Below are positions 18,586 through 28,889 of a DNA stretch of 64,000 nucleotides, piece by piece. Under the pieces are notes generated by a model. It did no database searches. It was not told the origin of the DNA and worked only from the letters and a program-made list of their open reading frames with translations. A program made the translations under genes and the position numbers. Origin of the DNA: Kiritimatiellia bacterium (lineage in GTDB: Bacteria; Verrucomicrobiota; Kiritimatiellia; JAAZAB01); NCBI GenBank assembly GCA_040767085.1, contig JAXGPF010000005.1, positions 192,001 to 256,000 on the forward strand, read 5' to 3'. How positions within the stretch are numbered: position 1 is the stretch's first letter; every line of letters begins with the position of its first letter.

Positions 18586-21320
18586 GGCGCGCCTGCCTTC
18601 CCCGCCGGCTCGTTCCCGGCCAGGCGCAGGGATCCGGCAATGTCCGCGCCGCGCGCCTTGAAATACGCGATCGCGTCGGCGTTGCTGGTCCGGTTCAGGT
18701 CGTAGAAAGCCAGGCGGAAGCGGCCGGTGCCCTTCTTGAAATGCAGGGAAGTCAGCGCCACCCGGCTGCTGATATTGATATCCATCCAGTGAATATTTTC
18801 AGGATCAATGACCAGCGCGCAGGGGCCGTCCGGAATCGTACTGACGCCAGCCCGGATGATCTCGCGCGGGAAATCGTTCTTGCGGTCGTGGAACAAGAAC
18901 CAGTTTTCCCGTTCCAGATCCACATACATGAACGATCCGTGCGGTAATTCGCGTTTGGCCGTCATAACCCATTTATCCATTTCGTCGTCCCGCCACTCGT
19001 TGGATGCGCCCACCGCCGGGGCGCAGATGCAGGTCATGCGCAGGGTATGCGGTTTGCGGCCCAGGGGCTTCACCGTCCCATCCAGCAACAACCCGCCGTC
19101 GGGGAGCATGGAAAAGACAATGGTCACGCCCGCATAATCGAGCGACCAGTCGCATTGAATCGCCTGAGCGTTCGCGCCCAGCTCAACGACCCGCATCTCC
19201 GGGACGGCATTGCCGAGGGACATGCCGTTGACTTCAAGATTGAAAAATTCCACGAACCAATTCCGCTTGGACGGCGAAGTCATGCCGAATCCCGCCGAAG
19301 GCAGGCTGACGCTGTAAATATCGCCGTGCTCATCGGCCGTCACCGCCCAGGGCATGACATACATCAGCAAGGGGCTGGCAAGGCGCAAGGTCCGGCTCAG
19401 CTCCTTCCGGTTGCCTTGATGGGGCTGGGAGCGTTCCACCAGGGGCGTCACCTCCGCCCGCACGGCGTATTCGGCATTTACCAGTTCCCCCATGATCTTG
19501 TCGGCATTCCGGGCGTATTCCACCGGGTCATCCTTGTCGCAATCCAGGAGCACGAATTCCTGGTGCGCTACCGTCGCTTGCCTGGCTGCAAGCATGCGCT
19601 CCAGCAAAGCATGCGCGGCGGGATATTCCTGCCGTAATCGCGCCATGGTTGCCGCGGTATCCGGCGTAAAAGCGCTGAGATCGTTATAGGCCAGGCAGAT
19701 TCGCCTGAATTTCCGTTTCCACTCCTGGTAAACCGGCACGGCCTCCGGACCAAACACGCGCGCGGCCAGCGCGGCATCGTATTCCGGCCAGGCTTCGTTC
19801 GAGAAGGTCGCGGGGGACCAGGCATATTGCGCAAACGCCAGCGTCGGCTGCAGCAGGTCGCGGCACAAATAGGCGCCGCGCGAACGTTGCGGCATGGTCT
19901 GCAGCCAGGCCATCTGCTCCGGCGAATAAACCTGCTCGACCGTCTGGGAGTTGATGGCGAGCTCGATCCCCCACGGCGCAAAGGGGGTGAATCCCGCAAA
20001 AAAGGCGTTGGCACGGCCGAGCGGTTTAAACACGGATTTATACCGCGTATATCCCATGAAAAATGAAGCATTGTTAAACCAGTGGATATAATTCGGCATG
20101 CCCATGGACTTCAAGACGGCGGTCGCAGCCGGATCGGGCATGCAATGGAATACATTGACCTCCTTGAACAAGGGCGCTTGCATGGCGCCCAGGTATTCCT
20201 CCAAATATTGCCGGCCGTCGTAGATTAAATCCGGCGCAAAATATCCGTTGGTCCAGCTCGCGGGCGGGCCAAAATACGTGTACGGGCAGGTTTGAATGGC
20301 GCGCCCGCCGTGCCGGTCCGCCGCCTCCTTGATATGTTTGACCCACAAGGCGTTATCCTGGCCCAAGCCGATGCCCCCTGCTCGGCACCGCTCGCAGGCG
20401 CGCCAGGCCGCGCTGTGTTCTTTCCTTAAATCATCGAAATTGACGCGAAAACTGTCCACCCCCGCCTGGCAATACTGCTCAATGAGTTTTTGAATCCACC
20501 GCGCGTTATGCGGGTCGCTGGCGCATAAATGATCAGCATTGAAGGTCTTGCATAATCCCCGATAATAAAAGGGCATTTCAACCTGCAAGCCGCGCCGATG
20601 GCACTCCGACAAAAAGATTTTCAAATCGGCCAGTTCTTGATCGTTTAATCCGTCCTTTTCCTGATCCTGCTCCATGTCGAACGTGACGTAGGGGCTGTTC
20701 GGGCTGATCCGGTTGAAACGCAACCGCGCATAGACATCCAGAAAACTCCACAAGGACTGCTTGGCGGGAAACGACGTGATGGCCCGGACGGGGAAGCCGG
20801 AATAATCCTCGATTTTCACCTGCGGCAGCCGGAGGACGCCGGCGCTGCGCCGCGGCAACTGGGCCAGTGTGAAGGCGCCGTAGAGTGCGCCGGCATCATC
20901 CGCGCCGGCCACCACGCCGCAGGCGCCGCGGGTAAAGAGCTGAAAACCATCCGGGCGCATTGACTGCGCGTCCGGCATCTCGCCGATCCGGTCCAACGCC
21001 GCCTTGACATGGGGCGCGCCAAGGCGGCCGATGGCCAGCACGGTTGCGCCGGTTGCCGGCGCGTCATTGAAATCAGCGACACAAACGGCAGCCACGCGCA
21101 AGTAACGGTACAGATCGTTGGTCAATTGCCCGACGGCATATTGCGCTTGCGCGCCGGGCGCCCGGCCCTGAACAACAACCACCCGCTCAGGAATTACGGC
21201 AGCTTCCGCTGTTACAACCGTTTTCTGCGGCATGGGATAAAGAAACAAATTCCCCTCCGCAATCCCGCGCCATACACCGCAAACACCGACCAGCACCAGG
21301 AATAACAACCGCTTGCACAT
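18582..21320 (-). CDS. Secreted GH20/GH84-like glycoside hydrolase
   Basis: Signal peptide, LYPMPQK, GALYGAFTLAQL, IEDYSGFPVR, and an NFDDL acid pair reminiscent of GH84. Confidence 0.65.
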   Translation of the reverse strand: MCKRLLFLVLVGVCGVWRGIAEGNLFLYPMPQKTVVTAEAAVIPERVVVVQGRAPGAQAQYAVGQLTNDLYRYLRVAAVCVADFNDAPATGATVLAIGRLGAPHVKAALDRIGEMPDAQSMRPDGFQLFTRGACGVVAGADDAGALYGAFTLAQLPRRSAGVLRLPQVKIEDYSGFPVRAITSFPAKQSLWSFLDVYARLRFNRISPNSPYVTFDMEQDQEKDGLNDQELADLKIFLSECHRRGLQVEMPFYYRGLCKTFNADHLCASDPHNARWIQKLIEQYCQAGVDSFRVNFDDLRKEHSAAWRACERCRAGGIGLGQDNALWVKHIKEAADRHGGRAIQTCPYTYFGPPASWTNGYFAPDLIYDGRQYLEEYLGAMQAPLFKEVNVFHCMPDPAATAVLKSMGMPNYIHWFNNASFFMGYTRYKSVFKPLGRANAFFAGFTPFAPWGIELAINSQTVEQVYSPEQMAWLQTMPQRSRGAYLCRDLLQPTLAFAQYAWSPATFSNEAWPEYDAALAARVFGPEAVPVYQEWKRKFRRICLAYNDLSAFTPDTAATMARLRQEYPAAHALLERMLAARQATVAHQEFVLLDCDKDDPVEYARNADKIMGELVNAEYAVRAEVTPLVERSQPHQGNRKELSRTLRLASPLLMYVMPWAVTADEHGDIYSVSLPSAGFGMTSPSKRNWFVEFFNLEVNGMSLGNAVPEMRVVELGANAQAIQCDWSLDYAGVTIVFSMLPDGGLLLDGTVKPLGRKPHTLRMTCICAPAVGASNEWRDDEMDKWVMTAKRELPHGSFMYVDLERENWFLFHDRKNDFPREIIRAGVSTIPDGPCALVIDPENIHWMDINISSRVALTSLHFKKGTGRFRLAFYDLNRTSNADAIAYFKARGADIAGSLRLAGNEPAGKAGAP

Positions 21321-21367
21321 GGCAAGCCTCCTCTCTTCGTAATTTGGGAGTTACCGGCGATGTTCCC

Positions 21368-22720
21368 CTAAATTTTAACAAAAGGCCGGTTGGCCTTGAT
21401 CAATTCATCCGCCATCTGCCGGATCTGCGCCGGTTTCAGCCCCGCGCATTGGGGGTCGCGGTATAATGCCTGCAGCAGCAGGTTGCGGTCACTTTGTAAG
21501 ATGCCCGCCACGGTCCATTTCTGGCAAAGCGCCGGCGGACGCATGACTTCCAGCAGGTGTTCGGGAATATGCTCCACCATGATCGCCCGCACCCCCATCC
21601 CGTCCACCACGCCGAGCGTCTCCACGCAGGCCCCGGCCGGCAGGCCGGGTATCTGCCCCGTGTTGATTTTATTCACCGCGTCCGTAAACGGCTGATTCGC
21701 GAGGAAGGCCCGGATCATTTCCGCCCCCGTTTCCCGTGTTTTGGACGGCATGGCTTTTGCGCCGGAAATCCAGTCGGCGATATTCCGGTCTCTTTGGCGC
21801 AAGCCCCGGCGCCGGTGAAATATTTCCGTCCGCCGGATGTCGCAGTATTTGATCACATCGTATTTTTCGGACGCCGCCCGCAAGGGGTAGCGCGCGGGAT
21901 TGTTCGCCACGGCAAAGGACAGGAATTCGCAGGTATGCCGGTCGCCGGGATACGGCAGGTAGCCGAACGTTTCGTAGAGTTCGGCGCAGAGCAGATGCCC
22001 GGACGAGAATCCGATTTCATCGGCGCTCTTCCGCGGCAGGATGTCCGCCAGTTTTTTACGTTTCAACATGGCCCGCAACCGCCGGTACCCGTCATCCCGG
22101 CCGATCTTGAAATCCACCACCCATGTGAAATGGTTCACACCGGCGATGGATAATGAAATCCGGCGCCAATCTTCCAGCCCGAAAATTTTCTGGATGATGT
22201 CCTTGGTTTCAAAATAGGCATGACAGAGCCCGACGGACGGGTTGCCGCAGCATTGCTGGAGCGTCGCCGTCAACGCCGCCATCGGGTTGGTGTAATTGGC
22301 GATGAAGGCGTCGGGACAATACCGCTGGAAGTCTTCCGCGAATGCCCGGAAGACCGGAATGTTGCGAATGGCCCGGGACCAACCGCCGGGCCCGCTGGTA
22401 TCGCCCACGGTCGCAAAGATTCCATATCGTTCCGGGATTTTCAGGTCATGCGCCATGGCGTCCAGGCCGCCGGTGGCGATGGTGATAATCACGGCATCCG
22501 CGCCGCGCAGCGCCTTTTTCCGGTCGGTGAACTTCAGATATTTATTCTTGCGCCGGTGATGGCGGTTGGCGGCCCGGCCCCACGCCGCGCAGGCGTCCAG
22601 GGCTGGCGGAGCAATATCCACCAGGCGTATTTCAAGCGGTTCGTCAAAAACACAGGTGAGATCGGTGATCAGGCGGGGCGCCCACATGGCGCTGGCGCCC
22701 AGGATGCAAATGTTATACAT
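21368..22720 (-). CDS. Family 4 glycoside hydrolase (NAD+/Mn2+-dependent)
   Basis: GADAVI, DLKIPERYGI, VGDTSGPGG, NYTNPM, GLCH and AGVNHFTW motifs. Confidence 0.9.
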   Translation of the reverse strand: MYNICILGASAMWAPRLITDLTCVFDEPLEIRLVDIAPPALDACAAWGRAANRHHRRKNKYLKFTDRKKALRGADAVIITIATGGLDAMAHDLKIPERYGIFATVGDTSGPGGWSRAIRNIPVFRAFAEDFQRYCPDAFIANYTNPMAALTATLQQCCGNPSVGLCHAYFETKDIIQKIFGLEDWRRISLSIAGVNHFTWVVDFKIGRDDGYRRLRAMLKRKKLADILPRKSADEIGFSSGHLLCAELYETFGYLPYPGDRHTCEFLSFAVANNPARYPLRAASEKYDVIKYCDIRRTEIFHRRRGLRQRDRNIADWISGAKAMPSKTRETGAEMIRAFLANQPFTDAVNKINTGQIPGLPAGACVETLGVVDGMGVRAIMVEHIPEHLLEVMRPPALCQKWTVAGILQSDRNLLLQALYRDPQCAGLKPAQIRQMADELIKANRPFVKI

Positions 22721-22739
22721 AAACCGCGCTCCTCCTTCA

Positions 22740-24645
22740 TTATTCCGCCGGACAGGCCGCGCCGGCGGACGCATTAATTTTGACCCGCCGCCCGGTTTGC
22801 CGCAGGTACCGCACCATGTCCGGCAGGTCGCCATCCCGTAAAATGCCGCGCGCCATGCCGGATAATGGCCAGTCATGCAAATCGGCCTGGATGATGGCGG
22901 CATAGGATTTGAGCGTATCCGTGAGGGTGACATCGCAAACATGACGGTCCAGCACCGCGGCCATCAAGGCGTGCAGACCGCCCAACCCGCGCCCGGCGAG
23001 CGCAAACGCGGCATGGCCGCGGCGGCGCAGAAAGCGCAAAACCGCCAGGACGTCATAGACGCGCCGGCCCAGCAGGGAATCCCCCAGCATATCGCAATAG
23101 GAAGCATACATGAAATCCGCGCTGCAGCGCGCCCAAAATGGTTCGGTGAGCCGGCCGGTGCGCGGGAGGGATTCCCCCAGGCCGCGGACGTCCAGGACAA
23201 AATAATCCGTTTCCGGCGGCCGTCCTTCCGGCGCGTTCAGATAACCGAGATGCGGCAGGTGGATGGTTGTAATTTTATCCGCGGCGGGAATATCGAACCA
23301 TAGTTCCCGGGAATAGCGCTTTAAGACGGCAAAGACCTGCGCTTCGGTTTCAATCGCGAAGCGCGAAACATGGCGCTGCCGCCGGCTGTCATAAAACGGG
23401 CGCAATACGCGATAAGGCAAGGCGCCGTCCGGCCGCGCGGCAATGCCCAAACAGCTTTGCAAGCGCCCCGGCGCAAACACCGGCCGGCGGCGCCGGACCG
23501 CCCGGTACGCTTGCCGCGTGAATGCATAGATCGGCCGGCTGCCGGCCAGCGCCACCTGCCCGCCGCGCGTAACATTCAACTCCGCCGGCTCAAACAACCC
23601 TGCCGGCCGGCATATTGCGCGCCGGGGTAATCCCGGCCTGGCGGCAGAAAAACGCGGCCATGGCGGCGCCCATCTCCGGACCATAGCCATGCCCGCCTTT
23701 TTCAACCATGAGCCGGATGTTGGCGGATTTGCCCAACAGTGAATATACCCGGCGTAAATGCCGATAGGCTTCCCGGGCGCCGCGCAGATCGAAGTAATCG
23801 TTTTCCTTGGCGAGGATGAGCACCGGCCGCGGCGCGGCGGCGGTCAGATGGTCATACAATTCATAGCCGCGCCCGATGATCCCCGGCGGATATTGTTCCG
23901 AGTCGGCCGCCAATTCGTTATGGAGATTGCGGCGGTAAGTGGTGATGAAACACCCCGGGGCGCCCATGGTCAGGCGCTCGTCCAACGCCAGCATCACGGC
24001 GCTCATGGTGCCGCCGCCGGAATGCCCGGTCACCCCCGCCACCGCCGGGTTGGCCTGCGGCAGCGCCAGCAGCAAGTCCAAACCGCGCACGGCATCCCAG
24101 GCCCGCCAGGCGCCGAAAAATCCGCCAACCAGATATTGCTGGTTGCCGGCCAGGATGTGCTCAACCACGCAGCGCGTTATCTGTTGTTTGTATTCCAGGT
24201 ATTGCGAACGTTCGCCCTGGCCGATCGGGTCAATGATCAGCGTTAAAAAACCCTGCGCCGCGAGCCCGGCGCAGAGCTGCTGGTAACGCGGCGCCGCCTT
24301 CCCGATATCGGCGTGTTCGCATAATACCAGCACGCAGGGGAACGGGCCGGCGCCGCGCGGAACGTACAGATTCGCCGTAACGAAAAATCGCAGCCGGCTT
24401 TCATAAAGCACCTTTTGAATATTATATGACCCGGTTTTGATTTCACCCGTAATGCGCGCATTTAGCGGCGTTTTTTCCTCCGGCAGGTTGTAAATTTGTT
24501 GCATGTCCGCCCGGACAGCCGCCACATGGCGCGCCATAGCCGCGCGATTATTGATGGCGGCAAACCGCGCCGCGCGCGGCGCCAGGCAGGCATCCACCCG
24601 GCGTTCAATGTAATCCTGCAGCATGCGCGGAAATAATGCGTCCAT
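22740..24645 (-). pseudogene. Frameshifted acetylxylan-esterase-like hydrolase (paralogue of 8525..10483)
   Basis: ORF 23590..24645 matches the N-terminal half and ORF 22740..23705 the C-terminal half of the intact paralogue; the frame changes near 23595-23630. Confidence 0.75.
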
Positions 24646-24675
24646 AATTTCAACTGATTAAAATATCCTGGCTGA

Positions 24676-24939
24676 TCACCGTTCAGCCCTGCCGGCCTTC
24701 CCGCTCCGGGGATAAACAATCCGCGTCAGCGCCCCGCCCCGGCGCGCCGATTTGACGGCGCAAATTCCGGGCAAGGTCATCCGCAGCCCCTAGCGCAAGC
24801 CGATCGGCGCCGGCCCGCCTGAGCGGACGGCATTGATACAAGCTTCCAGCATTGCGTAATCCAAACCGCCGCGGCTGCTGTTAAACTCGCCATGCGGGGA
24901 GCCGCATCCCCCCAATCCCAACCTGATTGCTTTGCTCAT
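24676..24939 (-). pseudogene. Collapsed Gfo/Idh/MocA oxidoreductase remnant
   Basis: AGGA RBS and MSKAIRLGLGGCG joined to a C-terminal-type segment GGLDYAMLEA...PAPIGLR*GLRMTLPGI...SARRGG; in-frame TAG at 24790-24792. Confidence 0.65.
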
Positions 24940-24975
24940 GGATTTCCTGAATACATGTTAAGCGAGCCGCCCGGA

Positions 24976-26037
24976 TCAAGCCAAAGCCCGGCATGATTCG
25001 CGGACCACCAGTTCCGCGGGCACAAATTCCACCTGCCGTTCCGTTATCTTCCCGGCGTGTATCCGGCCAAGCAATTGGACGGCGCGCCGGCCCATCTCTT
25101 CCAAAGGCTGCCGCACCGCCGTCAAACCCGGCATCCAGGGATGAAACGGATGGGGAACATCGTCAAATGCCAGGACGGCGATGTCGTCCGGCACCCGCAG
25201 ACCAACCTCGCGGATCAACGCCAGCACCCGCGGCACCACATTACCCATCAGCAAAAATAACGCCGTGATTTTCCGCTCCGCCAGCAACCGCCGCAGCCGG
25301 GACAGGTTTTCCGGTTGATCATCGAGAAAAACCGCATGTTCCTCCGTTTGACCCGCCCCGGGCGCCCGCGCCGCCCGCGCCCCGGCCAGCCGGTGTTGGA
25401 TAAAGCCCGGCCCGCTGGCAGTTGCCACCAGGGCCACCCGGCGATGTCCCAGCCCGATTAAATACTCCATGGCCCGGCGCGCCCAAACGGCATGGTCAAT
25501 AGTTACACAGTGAAAAGGGTGTTCCGACGGCAGGCGATTGATCAAGACCACCGGAGTTTTCGGCTGCAGCTTCTGCAAGCTGTCAATCCGCCGATGGTCA
25601 AACGAAATACCGATGTAACCGAGTAAATCCGGGGCACGCTCCAGCAAGGCGTTGTCATTGAGAAATTCCAGCCGGCACTTGTTTGCCTCCGCCGCCTGCT
25701 GGATGCCGTAGAAAATCGGACCAAAAAATATCCCGGCCGGCCGGTTAGCGGTAAAATTGAAACTGATGGCGAGAATCCGCCGGCCCACCGGCGGCAAGCC
25801 GGCATGGCTGTCCGCCACAAAGGTCCCCTTCCCCGGCCGGCGATAGATCAATCCGCGCGTTTCCAGCTCCCGCAAAGCCTGCCGTACCGAAACGCGGCTG
25901 ATGCCGTATTTACCGCTTAAGGCTTTTTCAGACGGCAAACATTGACCGGCAAACCATTTACCGCTGCGGATGGATTGGCCGAGTTCATCAACCAGCGGCT
26001 GAAAAATTTTCCCGGCTTTATCTGCACGCTTGCGCAT
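24976..26037 (-). CDS. GntR-HTH / LacI-type sugar-binding transcriptional regulator (AraR-like architecture)
   Basis: LPSEKAL...ISRVSVRQAL...GKGTFV plus LGHRRVA, RVPDDIAV and LTAVRQP. Confidence 0.9.
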   Translation of the reverse strand: MRKRADKAGKIFQPLVDELGQSIRSGKWFAGQCLPSEKALSGKYGISRVSVRQALRELETRGLIYRRPGKGTFVADSHAGLPPVGRRILAISFNFTANRPAGIFFGPIFYGIQQAAEANKCRLEFLNDNALLERAPDLLGYIGISFDHRRIDSLQKLQPKTPVVLINRLPSEHPFHCVTIDHAVWARRAMEYLIGLGHRRVALVATASGPGFIQHRLAGARAARAPGAGQTEEHAVFLDDQPENLSRLRRLLAERKITALFLLMGNVVPRVLALIREVGLRVPDDIAVLAFDDVPHPFHPWMPGLTAVRQPLEEMGRRAVQLLGRIHAGKITERQVEFVPAELVVRESCRALA

Positions 26038-26311
26038 ATCATTCTCCTGAACGAATACACATGTATTTATATCATGTATGCATCAAATGTCAAATTTTTC
26101 CGGTTTTGAAAATTCCCCGGGCTGTTTTTTGGTTCATTGCTGGAGACAGGCTTCCCCTGCCGGCGCGGACGCCTGAGATCGGCCATGACAATCCTCCTGA
26201 ATTTTGCACGCTGCATGATTGCCTCCAATCAATCCAACGCCAATATGCATGTAAAATTCAGGAACCAACAAAATATTTGCATGACCGGCATCCCTTTTGT
26301 ATAGTTTTTCG

Positions 26312-27352
26312 ATGATTCTGCCATTCATCAAACTCCAAAAGTTCGGCGAACGCCTGCTGATCGCGCGCGGTTTACGCGCCGCCGACGCCAGTTACATCGC
26401 CGCAACGGCCGTTATGACCCAAGCTGGCGGCCTGGCTTCGCACGGCGTGATCCAGTTTCACCGGCTGATGCGTCAACCGGGGGTGATTGACCCGAAACGC
26501 CGGCCTGTTTTAGATCGCAATCGCGGCGCGGTGGCCGTCCTGAATTGCGAAGGCTGTTACAGCCAGGCAGCCCTCCGCCAGGCCTTGATTCTGGGCGAGC
26601 GCAAGGCGCGCAAATACGGACTGGGCATGGTTGCGGTGCGCAACGGCTCATGGCTGGGCGGACTGGGCGCCCACGTTTTACCGCTGGTTCAACGCGGATT
26701 GATGGTGCAGTTCTGGGCTCAATATTCAGCCTGCCGCGACAGCGCGCCCCAGGGCGGGATTGACGCGCGACTCTCCACCAATCCTGTTTGCCTGGGATTT
26801 CCCGCCGGCGCGGCCGGCCGGCTGGTGCTGGCCGATTTTTCCACCGCCGCCATGTCCATGGGCCAGACCATGCAGATGGTGCGGGCGAATCAGCGGGCCG
26901 CCGCGCCGTGCTTCTTCGACCGCAAAGGCCGGTTGACCGATGATCCCAACGTCGTACCCGCCGGCGGCGCCATTGCCTTGATGGGTGGGACGGCCAACGG
27001 TTTTAAGGGTTTTGCCTTCGCCCTGTGGGCCGAGGCTTTGGCGGCTATGGCCGGCGGGTGCACTAATAATCCCCGCGCGTCACAGCGCCAGAACTTCAAT
27101 CTGCTCGTGCTGGATCCGGCGGCATTCGGCGATCCGGAACATTATCACCGCGAGATGCGCCGGCTGGTGCGCTGGGTTAAAACCAGCCGCCCGCAACCGG
27201 GGTCGGATGGAGTCCGCCTGCCAGGCGAGCGTTTTCTTGCCGCCATCGCCCGCGCCCGGCGCCGGGGCGTGCCGGTGGACGACGGACTGCTGGAACTGCT
27301 GAACCGGCAGGCCGATCAATGGGGTGCACCGCGTCTGAACGCATGCGCCTAA
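26312..27352 (+). CDS. Ldh_2-family (type 2 malate/L-lactate/sulfolactate-like) dehydrogenase
   Basis: SHG, STNP, DFST, FKG and VRLPGE motifs. Confidence 0.85.
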   Translation: MILPFIKLQKFGERLLIARGLRAADASYIAATAVMTQAGGLASHGVIQFHRLMRQPGVIDPKRRPVLDRNRGAVAVLNCEGCYSQAALRQALILGERKARKYGLGMVAVRNGSWLGGLGAHVLPLVQRGLMVQFWAQYSACRDSAPQGGIDARLSTNPVCLGFPAGAAGRLVLADFSTAAMSMGQTMQMVRANQRAAAPCFFDRKGRLTDDPNVVPAGGAIALMGGTANGFKGFAFALWAEALAAMAGGCTNNPRASQRQNFNLLVLDPAAFGDPEHYHREMRRLVRWVKTSRPQPGSDGVRLPGERFLAAIARARRRGVPVDDGLLELLNRQADQWGAPRLNACA

Positions 27353-27653
27353 ATCCGGCAGTTGGCAAGTTTACCGCAGATGCGCGGCGGCAAGGATGAC
27401 GGTGTATTAGTATACTCCGAACCCTTGCCAACAAAGCAGATGCGGCAAAATCGCCAACCATTTTCCGGTTTGAAATTCAAAATATTTTCTACACCCGAAA
27501 GGTGTTTGCGACAGAAATCCAATTTTCCCTGTTTTCAATTTCTTATGTCAATTTTTGAATTTCAAATGCCGGATTTAGGATGAGATATCCCGGCCTATAA
27601 AAGGTTTTTCACAGGGGCACAGAGCCCGCAAGGAATGACTTGAAAGGAAATAT

Positions 27654-28766
27654 ATGCATCGCACACGCGTCGGCGTCATTGGCTGCGGCAAAATCAGCGC
27701 GGCTTATTTCAAGGCCGCCAAGTCATTCGGCAACCTGGAATATGCCTATTGTGCCGACTTGAATCCCGCGGCGGCGCGGGCAGCGGCGGAAACTTATAGC
27801 TGCCAGGCTTTGGCGGTAGAGGAACTCCTCCGGCGGCCGGATGCGCCGGTAATCCTGAACCTGACCACCCCGCAGGCGCATGTCGCGGTTAATACCCAGG
27901 CGCTGTTGCAGGGAAAGCACGTGTATTGCGAAAAACCGCTGGCGCTTTCCGTGGAGGATGCCCGGCCGCTGCTGGCGCTGGCGCGGGAACGCAACCTGCG
28001 CGTCGGCTGCGCCCCGGACACCTTTCTCGGCGCCGGCCTGCAAACCTGCCGCAAACTGGTGGACGACGGCTGGATCGGCCGGCCGGTTTCCGGCACGGCG
28101 GTGATGATGGCGCCGGGGCACGAGCATTGGCATCCCAACCCGGCGTTTTATTACCAGCAAGGCGGCGGCGCCCTGTTTGACATGGGCCCCTATTACCTGA
28201 CAGCGCTGGTAACATTGCTGGGGCCGGCGCAAGCGGTAACGGCCATGGCCGGCCGGGGGTTCGAGCAACGGACCTGCACCACGGAAGCGCGGTTGGGTGA
28301 GCGGCTGCCGGTGGAGGTCAATACCCATGTGGCCGGAGTCATCCGGTTCCAGTGCGGCGCGCTGGTGACTGTCATCATGAGCTTTGACGTGGCCAAGCAT
28401 TCCTGCCCCTGCCTGGAACTGCATGGAACGCTCGGCAGCCTGTCGCTGCCGGACCCCAACCGGTTCGGCGGGCCGGTGCGCTTCGCCCGCCGCCGGCAGG
28501 ATTGGACCGAGGCGCCGCTGCTGTTCGGCAACGAGGAAAATGCGCGCAGCATCGGCCTGGCCGATATGGCGCAAGCCATCCAAGGCAGCCGGCCGCACCG
28601 CTGCAACGGGGATCTGGCGCTGCATGTGCTGGAAATCATGTGCGCCCTGGAGCAGTCCGCGGCGGAAAAACGGGAGATTAAAACAACCACCAGTTGCGAG
28701 CGGCCCGCGCCGCTGCCGGCGGGCCTGCTGCCGGGAGAGTTGGAGCATGCCGCCCGGCAAGCCTGA
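27654..28766 (+). CDS. Gfo/Idh/MocA-family oxidoreductase
   Basis: GCGKIS, EKPL, APDTFLG, HEHWHPNP and DMGPYY motifs. Confidence 0.9.
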   Translation: MHRTRVGVIGCGKISAAYFKAAKSFGNLEYAYCADLNPAAARAAAETYSCQALAVEELLRRPDAPVILNLTTPQAHVAVNTQALLQGKHVYCEKPLALSVEDARPLLALARERNLRVGCAPDTFLGAGLQTCRKLVDDGWIGRPVSGTAVMMAPGHEHWHPNPAFYYQQGGGALFDMGPYYLTALVTLLGPAQAVTAMAGRGFEQRTCTTEARLGERLPVEVNTHVAGVIRFQCGALVTVIMSFDVAKHSCPCLELHGTLGSLSLPDPNRFGGPVRFARRRQDWTEAPLLFGNEENARSIGLADMAQAIQGSRPHRCNGDLALHVLEIMCALEQSAAEKREIKTTTSCERPAPLPAGLLPGELEHAARQA

Positions 28767-28889
28767 CGCAGCGCCGTTGCCGCCATGGAACACCGCAAGG
28801 ACACCGCGGACCGCATCGCCTAATCCGCCGCCCGCCGGACATTGGACGCGGCGGTCCCGCGCGCGCCATGGAGCGGACAGCCGGGGCCG

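Noticed and set aside
24790-24792. Pyrrolysine or stop-codon recoding at the in-frame TAG (and the TGA at 6829)
   Set aside because: Both lie in otherwise broken genes, are single-base changes from GAG/TGG, and TAG and TGA terminate normal genes in this window.
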